This document shows positions 7,605 to 15,940 of a stretch of DNA of 37,864 nucleotides, one piece after another. How positions within the stretch are numbered: position 1 is the stretch's first letter; each line of letters opens with the position of its first letter. Position numbers and translations under genes: made by a program. The stretch is from the IMG/VR virus record IMGVR_UViG_3300045221_000018, one strand, 5' to 3'. The notes beneath the pieces were generated by a model. That model was not told where the DNA came from. It made no database searches and saw nothing but the letters and a program-made list of their open reading frames with translations. Origin of the DNA: a virus.

Positions 7605-8477
7605 TTAGTTTTGAATCAAAGTAGCGTCTGTTAATTTGAAATAATCGTCCATTTTATCTTTTTGATATAAAGTGGCTATTCTATCTAATTTACCTGAAAT
7701 AGTAACGTCATCCATTGGATTTAGTGTAAAGAATTGATTTCCGTTGGTTTCAACTCTGAAAATTTTATGTTCCTTCTGGTTAAATTGAAAATAATCTTCT
7801 GCCTGAACAGGTTGTGTTATGTTCGTACCGGGAATATCTTTACCAGCATAGACCATCATTTTATTTCCTTGATTTTGTATGTTAAAAGCAGAACCTTTAA
7901 TGGTTACAGTTAGGTCTTCGTCTACTAGCGCACGATAATATTTGCTCTGTTCGGGAATCGTCATAGCAGTATATTCATCAATGAAATCACCTGTATTGCC
8001 GTTTTGTAATTCGTTAGAAAGTGAATTAAGTTTATTTTGATCAATAACAACATCAGAATACGTTTGATTTTTCTTTGAATCTGGAGCAGTGTTACTAATA
8101 TTTATTTTTTCAGCAGTTAGCTTAGTACCGTTATTTGTTTTTGTTGATTTAATATTTATTTTAGCGTGTGTTACATCAAGAATTTTTTTAAATTGTTTTT
8201 TTGTAACATGTAATTTAAAACGTTCATGATTAGAACCAGCAATAAAAATATAAGAATTTTTATTTTTATTGTTTGGTTTATAAATTGCAACGTTGGTTTT
8301 GTACAATCCATTTTTTAATTTGTTTTTATCAGCTTTGTTAATCAATTTATTAGCACTAATTTTAGTTATGTCTGTTCTTTTTGAATCAGCATAGGCATTA
8401 TTTGTACCACTTATTAAAAGTATCGTTGCACCCAAAACTAATAAAAATACAGCCAGTCCCTTTATTTTTTGCGCCAT
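7605..8477 (-). CDS. secreted or surface protein with signal peptide (candidate superinfection-exclusion or moron protein)
   Basis: 290 aa. N-terminus MAQKIKGLAVFLLVLGATILLISGTNNAYA-D looks like a signal peptide. The gene is co-oriented with the repressor operon. Confidence 0.6.
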   Translation of the reverse strand: MAQKIKGLAVFLLVLGATILLISGTNNAYADSKRTDITKISANKLINKADKNKLKNGLYKTNVAIYKPNNKNKNSYIFIAGSNHERFKLHVTKKQFKKILDVTHAKINIKSTKTNNGTKLTAEKINISNTAPDSKKNQTYSDVVIDQNKLNSLSNELQNGNTGDFIDEYTAMTIPEQSKYYRALVDEDLTVTIKGSAFNIQNQGNKMMVYAGKDIPGTNITQPVQAEDYFQFNQKEHKIFRVETNGNQFFTLNPMDDVTISGKLDRIATLYQKDKMDDYFKLTDATLIQN

Positions 8478-8523
8478 AACACTACTCCTTAAGCTTTTAA
8501 CGTGATTCTTTTTTGCACGTAAT

Positions 8524-8898
8524 TTAATTTGCTACTACCAATAGCCGTTCAATTAAATATTCAGGTGTTCCACTAACCTCAATGAAGTGTTGTACGTATT
8601 CAACAGTACCACCTAATTGCACATATATTGCCCACAAATAGGCGGTAGCGGCAACATTTGCATCGTGTTCTTGCTGGTTTCGAATGTCGTTATCAAATTT
8701 TCTTTTACTATGATTATTTATTTTATGAAACATTTCATGAGCTAATATAAAAGGTGATGCTTGATTTCTATCATATAAGCCTCTGTTTTCCTTAGGATTT
8801 ATCACAGCGACTGCGTCTAAATGGTCGACAGCCCGAAAATCGACACCCAACTTCCTAATATCTCTAATTATAATATCAATAATATCGTGCTTATCCAT
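8524..8898 (-). CDS. ImmA/IrrE-family zinc metalloprotease
   Basis: HEXXH motif in ILAHEMFHKINNH. About 124 aa, immediately downstream of and coupled to an XRE-type repressor, which is the classic pairing. Confidence 0.75.
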   Translation of the reverse strand: MDKHDIIDIIIRDIRKLGVDFRAVDHLDAVAVINPKENRGLYDRNQASPFILAHEMFHKINNHSKRKFDNDIRNQQEHDANVAATAYLWAIYVQLGGTVEYVQHFIEVSGTPEYLIERLLVVAN

Positions 8899-9258
8899 TT
8901 AATCACCAAAAATCACACGTAATAAGTTCTTATCGTGATCAGACAGTGGGCGACCGTCAGCAGATAGATAATCGTCCCAATTATCATTTTCGGCAACTTC
9001 TTTCAAATCTACTGGATTATTGCTAGTTGCTTTTTTATTAGCGTGCATATCATCAGTCTTGCCCAATAAGTAGTCGACCGATACGCCTAGTGCACCTGCT
9101 ATTGCATTAACTGCAGTATCAGTAGGTGTAACACCTTGCTTATATCTTGATATAGCACTTGGGCTTTTAAAGCCTGATTTTATCGACAATTGACGTAAGC
9201 TAAGATGTTGATTGTCTGCTTGTTCTTTGATTCGTTCGTATATTAGATTCGTTGTCAT
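8899..9258 (-). CDS. cI-like XRE-family HTH repressor
   Basis: LSLRQLSIKSGFKSPSAISRYKQG is an HTH_3-type motif. I prefer ATG 9258 (SD AGGAGA upstream) over the track start 9354, which would run through the operator sites. Confidence 0.75.
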   Translation of the reverse strand: MTTNLIYERIKEQADNQHLSLRQLSIKSGFKSPSAISRYKQGVTPTDTAVNAIAGALGVSVDYLLGKTDDMHANKKATSNNPVDLKEVAENDNWDDYLSADGRPLSDHDKNLLRVIFGD

Positions 9259-9293
9259 AATAGGTATTATCTCCTGATTGACAAACAAAGTGA

Positions 9294-9304
9294 ACACTAA
9301 GTGT
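9294..9304. promoter_or_regulatory. operator O1, ACACTaAGTGT
   Basis: One of three copies of the palindromic motif ACACT-n-AGTGT in the switch region. Confidence 0.5.
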
Positions 9305-9324
9305 ATATTTTTAGTTGCAATCAA

Positions 9325-9335
9325 ACACTGAGTGT
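9325..9335. promoter_or_regulatory. operator O2, ACACTgAGTGT
   Basis: Perfect 5+1+5 palindrome, 31 bp from O1. Confidence 0.5.
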
Positions 9336-9456
9336 TGTATACTTGGTTCATCAAGTAATTTAAGCAATAAAAAACGAGTTACATTATTAACAATCTTTGG
9401 CGAGAAACGTTAACGTAACAGTATTTTATTAGCTGTTTTAACTATGCCTTTATTGT

Positions 9457-9467
9457 ACACTTAGTGG
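9457..9467. promoter_or_regulatory. operator O3, ACACTtAGTGg
   Basis: Third copy with one mismatch, near the start of the rightward genes. Confidence 0.45.
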
Positions 9468-9517
9468 TCAAATAAAGCAACTTTTACTTGATAAATTATA
9501 AAAAGGAGGTTTTGAAG

Positions 9518-9667
9518 ATGAGTGAAAAACAATTCAAAGCAGAAATTAGTGAATTAAAAAAAGAAGTCGCTTCGCTTAAAAGTGAAGTAACTTCTTTGAA
9601 AACAACAGGTCATCAAAAAACAGAACTAATCCGTCAACAAATTATCAAGAGTATTCAAAACAAGTGA
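9518..9667 (+). CDS. small coiled-coil protein (49 aa), below the track cutoff
   Basis: Strong SD AAAGGAGG 7 nt upstream of the ATG. Sequence MSEKQFKAEISELKKEVASLKSEV... Its 3' end overlaps the convergent ORF 9626..9823. Confidence 0.45.
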   Translation: MSEKQFKAEISELKKEVASLKSEVTSLKTTGHQKTELIRQQIIKSIQNK

Positions 9668-9823
9668 GTCGACATAATTCATAATCGTAACAACTTCAGC
9701 ACTGTGAATATCTTCGATAGTTAAATTGTCAGATGGTATTGCATCTTTAAAATTTTTTGACGCTTCATGACGAGAAACATCTTGAGCTGCCAGAAACGCT
9801 TCGTGAATTCTTTCTTTTTCCAT
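9626..9823 (-). CDS. hypothetical protein (65 aa)
   Basis: Track ORF with GAAAGGAA upstream on the minus strand. Convergent with and overlapping 9518..9667, so both may not be real. Confidence 0.4.
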   Translation of the reverse strand: MEKERIHEAFLAAQDVSRHEASKNFKDAIPSDNLTIEDIHSAEVVTIMNYVDSLVLNTLDNLLTD

Positions 9824-9916
9824 AGATGAGAGTTCCTTTCATCAGTGTAGGGGAGCGTTGTGACACTCACAAATTAATTATAAATCTTTTTAAGCTTGAA
9901 AGGAGGCGAAATATAT

Positions 9917-10165
9917 ATGTCTACAACAGAAGCATCATCAACCATTTTAGATGCAGTCGACACGTTTGAACTGTGGCTGAAAAACAACGGCTATGGACGT
10001 GGAAGTGGCGCACGTCAAATGTTTTCTGAAAGAACCGGTAAATCTGAACAGTACATTTCACATGTGTTAGGTGGTCGGGAACATGGTACGGCAGCCTACA
10101 ACACTTTAAACCAAATATTTTTGATCGTTGGTTACAAGGGTAGTAACTGGGTCATTCACAGATAA
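9917..10165 (+). CDS. Cro-like / HTH early regulator
   Basis: SD AAGGAGG upstream of ATG 9917. ARQMFSERTGKSEQYISHVLGG resembles an HTH. First substantial rightward gene after the switch. Confidence 0.5.
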   Translation: MSTTEASSTILDAVDTFELWLKNNGYGRGSGARQMFSERTGKSEQYISHVLGGREHGTAAYNTLNQIFLIVGYKGSNWVIHR

Positions 10166-10207
10166 AGGAGAAACGACATGACACAAAGTGAATTGGAGGT
10201 ATAGGAA

Positions 10208-10441
10208 ATGAATTGGAGCGATGTAAGTTTAGGATTTCAAGTTATGTGGTTAATCACCAAGGACTTGGTACTGCCAGCTGTGTTTGTCAGTGGTCTGATT
10301 TGGTTAGCAGTTGAATATATGGAAGCAATTAAGTATTGGTTGCAAGTCGCATCACGTACCGTTAGTTGGGTGTTTTTAAAACTAGCATGGTTAATCATCC
10401 GATTGATTGACGGCAAAGAAGCAGCCGATAAGAGGATTTAA
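10208..10441 (+). CDS. small membrane protein (2 TM)
   Basis: 77 aa with two hydrophobic segments. SD GGAGG lies upstream. Confidence 0.5.
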   Translation: MNWSDVSLGFQVMWLITKDLVLPAVFVSGLIWLAVEYMEAIKYWLQVASRTVSWVFLKLAWLIIRLIDGKEAADKRI

Positions 10442-10443
10442 AA

Positions 10444-10983
10444 ATGAACGAACATAGCGCTGGTTCAACAGGAATCGCAAAACTTCATTATAACTTTTCA
10501 AATGAAGACAGATTGCATAGTTTACCTGAACAACCAACTTATAAACAACCAACTCAAAGTGGTGTAGGCATGCCGATCAATAGGCAAAGAACTGTCCCTG
10601 ATTATCCATACGAACGGTTTGAACGTTTGATGAATGAGTATAGGAATGGCCGTAAAAACGTCAGCAGAGACGAGTTACGAAAGATGTTAAGCAATACTTC
10701 TAAGCGAATGTATTACAACGTGAAGACGTTACGTGCTAAAAGATATTTGGGAAAGTACAAGCAACGAACTGGTTTGATTGTTGACGATACAAACAAAAAA
10801 ACCGAAGAGTATGAAGCTAAATATTCAGCTTATAAATCAATCAGAGACGAATACCCCGATGTATTTGGTAGCGATAGAGCTAGGTTGTTAGAACAAATTT
10901 CTAGTGAAATCGGCATTACAGTTAGCAGGTTGTATTCATATAATTACGAGGGGACATGGCGAAAAGAACATGAAACTAAGTGA
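10444..10983 (+). CDS. hypothetical early protein, possible C-terminal HTH
   Basis: 179 aa track ORF, coupled to the previous stop. Confidence 0.5.
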   Translation: MNEHSAGSTGIAKLHYNFSNEDRLHSLPEQPTYKQPTQSGVGMPINRQRTVPDYPYERFERLMNEYRNGRKNVSRDELRKMLSNTSKRMYYNVKTLRAKRYLGKYKQRTGLIVDDTNKKTEEYEAKYSAYKSIRDEYPDVFGSDRARLLEQISSEIGITVSRLYSYNYEGTWRKEHETK

Positions 10984-11203
10984 AGCTGAACAAATAGTCA
11001 CACTAGTTAATGATTATCTGCCAGAAAGTGAACTGGTGTATATGATTAACCCTTATTTCAAAGAAGATGATAAACACGATAATGGCTTTGAAATCGTTGT
11101 TGATAGGTTCAACACGATCGTGTCGGACTTCCAACTGGCGCAATGCTATTACGCAGTATTAGTAGACCAAACAAAAAAACGCCTAGCTATGAGCAGTGGC
11201 TAG
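10970..11203 (+). CDS. hypothetical protein (77 aa)
   Basis: Internal ATG of track ORF 10904..11203, chosen to minimise overlap. The start is uncertain. Confidence 0.4.
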   Translation: MKLSEAEQIVTLVNDYLPESELVYMINPYFKEDDKHDNGFEIVVDRFNTIVSDFQLAQCYYAVLVDQTKKRLAMSSG

Positions 11204-11267
11204 GCGAAAGGTACTTATATAAAGGAGTAATAATTTTATTTTAACACTAAATGCGAAAGGTTGAAAT

Positions 11268-11657
11268 ATGAATAGACTGAAAAAATTGCGAAAACAAAAT
11301 CACTACACTCTACAAAACATTGCGGATGCTATTGGTGTGTCAAATGGTGCAGTTGCAAACTATGAAAATGAAAAGCGTGAGCCAAATATAGCAACGCTAA
11401 TTGAATTGGCTAATTACTTTGATGTATCAGTTGACTATCTAATAGGAAAAGAACCAATGAAAATTGAACAACAAATTGACCCACCAGAAGATGAAATCTG
11501 GGGTCACACACTATACGGCGAAGAAATTTTAGTTGGTGAGACAGACATTCGAGAGACGATTGACGGCGAATATATGAAGCCTGATGAGTTTGAACGATAC
11601 GCTTATGACACCAGCACACCAGTCGATACGGAGGCGCACAGAAATGAATTTATATGA
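11268..11657 (+). CDS. XRE-family HTH protein (second repressor-like regulator)
   Basis: MNRLKKLRKQNHYTLQNIADAIGVSNGAVANYENEKREPNIATLIELANYFDVSVDYLIG is a canonical HTH_3 domain. Confidence 0.75.
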   Translation: MNRLKKLRKQNHYTLQNIADAIGVSNGAVANYENEKREPNIATLIELANYFDVSVDYLIGKEPMKIEQQIDPPEDEIWGHTLYGEEILVGETDIRETIDGEYMKPDEFERYAYDTSTPVDTEAHRNEFI

Positions 11658-12120
11658 TTTAACGAGCAATTGGCAACAAGTCTATGACATGGACATAGAT
11701 GAAGAAACGTGGCGAGATACGCTTGACGCAATTGACGAAAGCATCACTGATAAGGCTAACAGTATCGGGTTCATTATCCAAAATCTGAATGCTGATATTG
11801 AGAACTATAAACGTGAAGAAAAGCGTTTAGCAAGCAAACGGCGTTCCGCTGAAAACAAGGTTAAGGGCTTGAAAGCTTACTTACAAGACAACATGGAGCG
11901 ATTAGATCGCAAACAACTTAAAACTGACCTATTCAACTTCAATATTCAAAATAATCCAGCAGGAACGAATATCACGGATGAACAGTTAATCCCTAGCAAG
12001 TATTACGAGACTGAAACGGTCAAAAAGTACGATAAGCGAGCTATGCTGGACGATTTGAAAGCGGGTCAAGTAATTGCAGGGGTTGAGTTAAAACAAGCAC
12101 AATCGCTTCGTATTCGATGA
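11644..12120 (+). CDS. Siphovirus Gp157-like protein
   Basis: N-terminus MNLYDLTSNWQQVYDMDIDEETWRDTLDAIDE is typical of the family. Sits upstream of an AAA_24 ATPase as in many LAB phages. ATG 11644 preferred over the track start. Confidence 0.6.
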   Translation: MNLYDLTSNWQQVYDMDIDEETWRDTLDAIDESITDKANSIGFIIQNLNADIENYKREEKRLASKRRSAENKVKGLKAYLQDNMERLDRKQLKTDLFNFNIQNNPAGTNITDEQLIPSKYYETETVKKYDKRAMLDDLKAGQVIAGVELKQAQSLRIR

Positions 12121-12138
12121 TTAAGAAAGGGGAATAAT

Positions 12139-12813
12139 TTGAAATTCTATCAAGCAGGCGAAATACCTAGTGTAGGAAATATGTATTTCGTTTATGGCGG
12201 AAAAGGCACTGGTAAAACAAGACTTTCTAAGCAATTGAAAGGTCGTAAATTGTTATTAAGTTTTGATGGTTCAACTAATGCAATTGCCGATACAAATGAT
12301 ATTAGAGTAGTGGCCTTTCAAAAATCAGATGCACCAATAATTCAAAAATCAGTTGAATATTGGTTAGAAAAACTTTTATATACAACTGACGATAAAGGCA
12401 AGCGAGTATTATCAAAAGAATTTGACGCACTAATTATCGACAATGTGACTGCCTTGCAAAACTGGGTTATCTCAAACATTGAGAATGCTAGTAAGGATGG
12501 TAGGCAAAACTGGAACTTGGTTCAACAATGGTTTAGAGATTTAGGCATGTGGTTACGTGAAACAGATTTGCCAGTGTTGGCAACTGCTCACGAACTGAAA
12601 ACTGATCTAACTAATCAACTTGGGCAACCGTTGTATAAACCTGATATGAACGATAAAACGTTCAATGCTTTCGCAGCACCATTTGATGTAGTGGGTTATA
12701 TCTCCATTAAGAATGGTGAACGCATTATCGACTTAGACCCAGAAGCAGGTAATCAAGGGGCTAATCGACTAGATGAACGAAAAACAACAACAACTTCAGA
12801 ACTAATCAAATAA
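12139..12813 (+). CDS. AAA_24 / Sak4-like RecA-fold ATPase (recombination)
   Basis: Walker A in VYGGKGTGKT and a Walker B-like ALIIDN. Synteny with the Gp157-like gene. TTG start with an upstream SD. Confidence 0.65.
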   Translation: MKFYQAGEIPSVGNMYFVYGGKGTGKTRLSKQLKGRKLLLSFDGSTNAIADTNDIRVVAFQKSDAPIIQKSVEYWLEKLLYTTDDKGKRVLSKEFDALIIDNVTALQNWVISNIENASKDGRQNWNLVQQWFRDLGMWLRETDLPVLATAHELKTDLTNQLGQPLYKPDMNDKTFNAFAAPFDVVGYISIKNGERIIDLDPEAGNQGANRLDERKTTTTSELIK

Positions 12814-12839
12814 AAAAGAAAAAACGGAGATTATATATC

Positions 12840-13400
12840 ATGGCTTTTATTTTTAACTCAAACGACATCCAACGCAGCGCAACTTCAAAGTCACTAGCAT
12901 TTGGTGGTGATTACTTAGTAAAGATTAAGCAAGCAGATTATTACGGAAAAGAAACTGTTAAGTCTCTCAAGACATACGGATCAGAAAAATTCCGAGTGGT
13001 TTTCGAGGTACTAGACGGCACGCAGCAAGGCGCAACGTTCTCACACTTCTTCCTAGATGATTCAGGCGTAAAAGAATATACACCGTTCCGTTACCGTGAA
13101 ATCAACGCAATGTTGGCAGGTATCGGTGGTATTCAAGATGGTGTGTCATTTGAGCTTGCTAATGTCGGACAATTCTTACCTGAAAAAATTTTAGCAGTTC
13201 GAGTTGAAGAGTTTAAAAAGCGTGTATTAGACAATGGAAATACCGTATACAACCCAGTTGTTTCAAACTTCGGTGAGCCAATTCAAAAGTCAGTGCCAAA
13301 CGAAAATAACCCACGTCCAAAGATGGAAAAGAAAGAAGATAAAGAAATTACGTTAGATGACACTCCTGATTTCAATGATCTAACGAACCCATTTAACTAA
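12840..13400 (+). CDS. hypothetical replication-module protein (position of DUF669/SSB-like proteins)
   Basis: Called from synteny only. Acidic C-terminal tail DDTPDFNDLTNPFN resembles an SSB-type tail. Confidence 0.35.
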   Translation: MAFIFNSNDIQRSATSKSLAFGGDYLVKIKQADYYGKETVKSLKTYGSEKFRVVFEVLDGTQQGATFSHFFLDDSGVKEYTPFRYREINAMLAGIGGIQDGVSFELANVGQFLPEKILAVRVEEFKKRVLDNGNTVYNPVVSNFGEPIQKSVPNENNPRPKMEKKEDKEITLDDTPDFNDLTNPFN

Positions 13401-13403
13401 GCT

Positions 13404-14285
13404 ATGTATGCATTCAAAAAATCGGGTATCTATGACGATTACGATGTGGTTGATGAACTAGATGTGATTGCTTATGTTGAGAGTTTGCCTCAAAAGCACG
13501 AGCCGATTGAAGATGTTGATGAATTTAAAAAAATATCAGCGCAATATTTCACACCATCAAATTTAAAAGATGGTTTGAGACGTGCTAACAGTAACGTTGC
13601 CGACATTCAAGGAATCGTGTTCGACCTAGACTACGTGATTGATTTGTCAGAATTTCAAAATGACTTTTATCAGTTTGCTATCAACTCACAACTCGAAATC
13701 TACACATGGTTGACACCTTCTGCTATTGCAAGCAATGGAAAGCACACAAACGGCAGTCGGTTGTTCATACCGCTTGAAACGGCAATCAATCCACGATTAT
13801 TAGCAAAAGCAGTTGATGAGTTGATTGTAGAATTAGCAACCCAAGGTTTCAACTTATTAAGTTATGGCGTAGACATTACCGCTTCCAAGACTATTGGTAG
13901 ATTGATGGGGCTTCCACTTCAAAAGGAAAACACAATCGTGCCATGGGACATTGAATCGACCCATAGATATACCGTAAAAGCAAAAATAATAGATAGTGGT
14001 TTCGTGCCACTTTTAGAAACAAACACATTCGGATTTGATAACGGAAATGACCAGCAAAACTTAGAAACGTTTATTGCTAGATATTGTGAAAAGCACCAAA
14101 TAACATTCAATGTTGGTGAACGTGATAATAATCTAACCAAACTAATTGGAGCAATAAGTAAAGCATTTAGTGACGTAGATGATAGCGAATTATTGAGTGC
14201 TATGGAAGCCACTGGCATTTCGTCGTTATTGGACAATCCTGAAAAAGATATTTTGAGAAAAACAAGGAGGTTAATGAAAAAGTGA
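13404..14285 (+). CDS. putative primase-polymerase (AEP/prim-pol) domain protein
   Basis: GIVFDLDY gives a DxD motif. Position is immediately upstream of, and overlapping, the SF3 helicase gene. Confidence 0.45.
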   Translation: MYAFKKSGIYDDYDVVDELDVIAYVESLPQKHEPIEDVDEFKKISAQYFTPSNLKDGLRRANSNVADIQGIVFDLDYVIDLSEFQNDFYQFAINSQLEIYTWLTPSAIASNGKHTNGSRLFIPLETAINPRLLAKAVDELIVELATQGFNLLSYGVDITASKTIGRLMGLPLQKENTIVPWDIESTHRYTVKAKIIDSGFVPLLETNTFGFDNGNDQQNLETFIARYCEKHQITFNVGERDNNLTKLIGAISKAFSDVDDSELLSAMEATGISSLLDNPEKDILRKTRRLMKK

Positions 14286-15697
14286 TTGATGATAAACCAC
14301 GTTTACGTTCAGTTGATGCGTTTAATCGGGTTGAAATACCGCACACATTGGATGACGTTTATGAAAAAGGTATGGACACAAGTTTGAAAGATAATTTTGA
14401 CTGGTTGGAAACAAGAGTTGTGAACCGCTCAAAAGACGGAATGAAAGGGGATATTAAGTACAAAATATCATCCGTTTCAAAGTTCGCAAGGTGGTTGATT
14501 AAGTTTGACGACTACGTTGTTAAAAATGATTGGGGCTATAAGTGGAATGGCAATTATTGGGATCGCATCAAGGTTAAAGATGTGCAAAACATGATAGACG
14601 TTTCAATTGTAGCAATTGCAGATGAACTGAAACTAGCAACCAACAAGAAGAGAGAGTTGCAAAAAGATGTTAAGACTTACTTGTTAGAAGTGTCTCAAAC
14701 GTTTGATGATAGCGTGAAACCTGATTATATTGCTTTCAAAGAATGGACACTTGACGTCACGACTAACATTTTCAGCAAGCCTGATAAAGATAAAAATATC
14801 ATTGGTGGTTTCAACTTCCTGCCAGTTCCAAACGAAACACCTGAAACTTGGGTAGCTTATTCAAAATACATGTTTGGAGAAAATAGCGACTTCTTTTGGG
14901 CATGGTTAGGTTATGCCTTTCAAAACGATATGAGTTGGCGTCAAGGTGCATTGTTCCTACTAGATCCAATTGGTGGTACGGGTAAAACTCATTTCATTAC
15001 GAAAATAACACAAGCCATGTTTGGTGAGAAACGTGTTGGTGCATTCAAACTAGAAAGTTTACAAGGAAATGAAGCTAAGTTCCAAACTGCTCGTTTTGTC
15101 GACAAATCATTGATGATTGATGACGATGCAACCAAAGTTAGATTTAATCGAGATGACGTATTCAAAGCTGTTACAGGTGGAGGACTAACACCTATCGAGC
15201 ATAAAGGTATTGATGGTAGTGAGTATTTAATTACGGCAAAGATGATCATCAATGTAAATGAAATGCCTATCTTCAATAATGCAGGAGCAATTAAGAGGCG
15301 TTTGCACATAATCAAAACGCAAGCTCCTTTTGCGAGCTTTGAAGAGATTAAAAAGCGCAACAAGTTGTTCCCAGAAGATAAGTTAAACGAAGAAAAATCA
15401 ATGTTAGCAACTTACGCTATTGAAATGTTTCAAAAGGCAGTCCGTGAAGACTGGCATATTAAAAATGACATTGTTGATGACATTGTCGCTACTGATCCAT
15501 TTGTTCTTTGGTTTAGCGAACACGAAAAAGGAACGTTTAAATTTAATGAACTTTACAAAGATTTCAACGCTTACTTTGAAGATTTGAGTTTAGGGGAAGA
15601 AAGCGCACCAATGAGTAAAAATGCATTTGGTCGCAAGATGACGAATTACGCTACCAAAGTCAATAAAATGGACGGAAAATACTACCAAATTAAATAA
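14282..15697 (+). CDS. phage/plasmid primase-helicase (P4/D5-like SF3 helicase C-terminal domain)
   Basis: 471 aa. Walker A in DPIGGTGKTHF and Walker B in LMIDDDA. GTG start overlaps the upstream stop. Confidence 0.65.
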   Translation: MIDDKPRLRSVDAFNRVEIPHTLDDVYEKGMDTSLKDNFDWLETRVVNRSKDGMKGDIKYKISSVSKFARWLIKFDDYVVKNDWGYKWNGNYWDRIKVKDVQNMIDVSIVAIADELKLATNKKRELQKDVKTYLLEVSQTFDDSVKPDYIAFKEWTLDVTTNIFSKPDKDKNIIGGFNFLPVPNETPETWVAYSKYMFGENSDFFWAWLGYAFQNDMSWRQGALFLLDPIGGTGKTHFITKITQAMFGEKRVGAFKLESLQGNEAKFQTARFVDKSLMIDDDATKVRFNRDDVFKAVTGGGLTPIEHKGIDGSEYLITAKMIINVNEMPIFNNAGAIKRRLHIIKTQAPFASFEEIKKRNKLFPEDKLNEEKSMLATYAIEMFQKAVREDWHIKNDIVDDIVATDPFVLWFSEHEKGTFKFNELYKDFNAYFEDLSLGEESAPMSKNAFGRKMTNYATKVNKMDGKYYQIK

Positions 15698-15940
15698 TGA
15701 CTGATTTATTACCAATTATTACAGATTGAATGACCGATTACACCCAAACATATAGGCGTTATTACAGATATTACTAATTATTTTTCTTTATTATATTAAT
15801 ACTAAAAAAGTAAAAAAATAGTATATATAAAGAGGAAATCGCATAAACGGTAATTCGACCTAAATCCCTTGGGAGAGTAAGTGTGGGTGCAGTTTACAAT
15901 CAGTAATAGAACGGTCATAAACGGTCATAAGGTCATAAAA
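15698..15940. repeat. ori-like intergenic region: direct repeats plus an AT-rich tract
   Basis: ttattacagat occurs twice (15716..15726, 15759..15769). An AT-rich block lies at 15781..15835. The tandem acggtcataa-acggtcataa-ggtcataa lies at 15911..15938. Confidence 0.45.

Noticed and set aside
8899-9354. Track start (9354) for the repressor, giving 151 aa
   Set aside because: The extra 32 codons overlap two operator palindromes and promoter-like sequence. ATG 9258 has a good SD (AGGAGA) and begins directly before the HTH domain.
15911-15938. Tandem 10-bp repeats as a mini CRISPR or satellite
   Set aside because: There are only 2.8 contiguous copies with no spacers. Iterons or regulatory repeats, or part of an extended rusA N-terminus, are better explanations.
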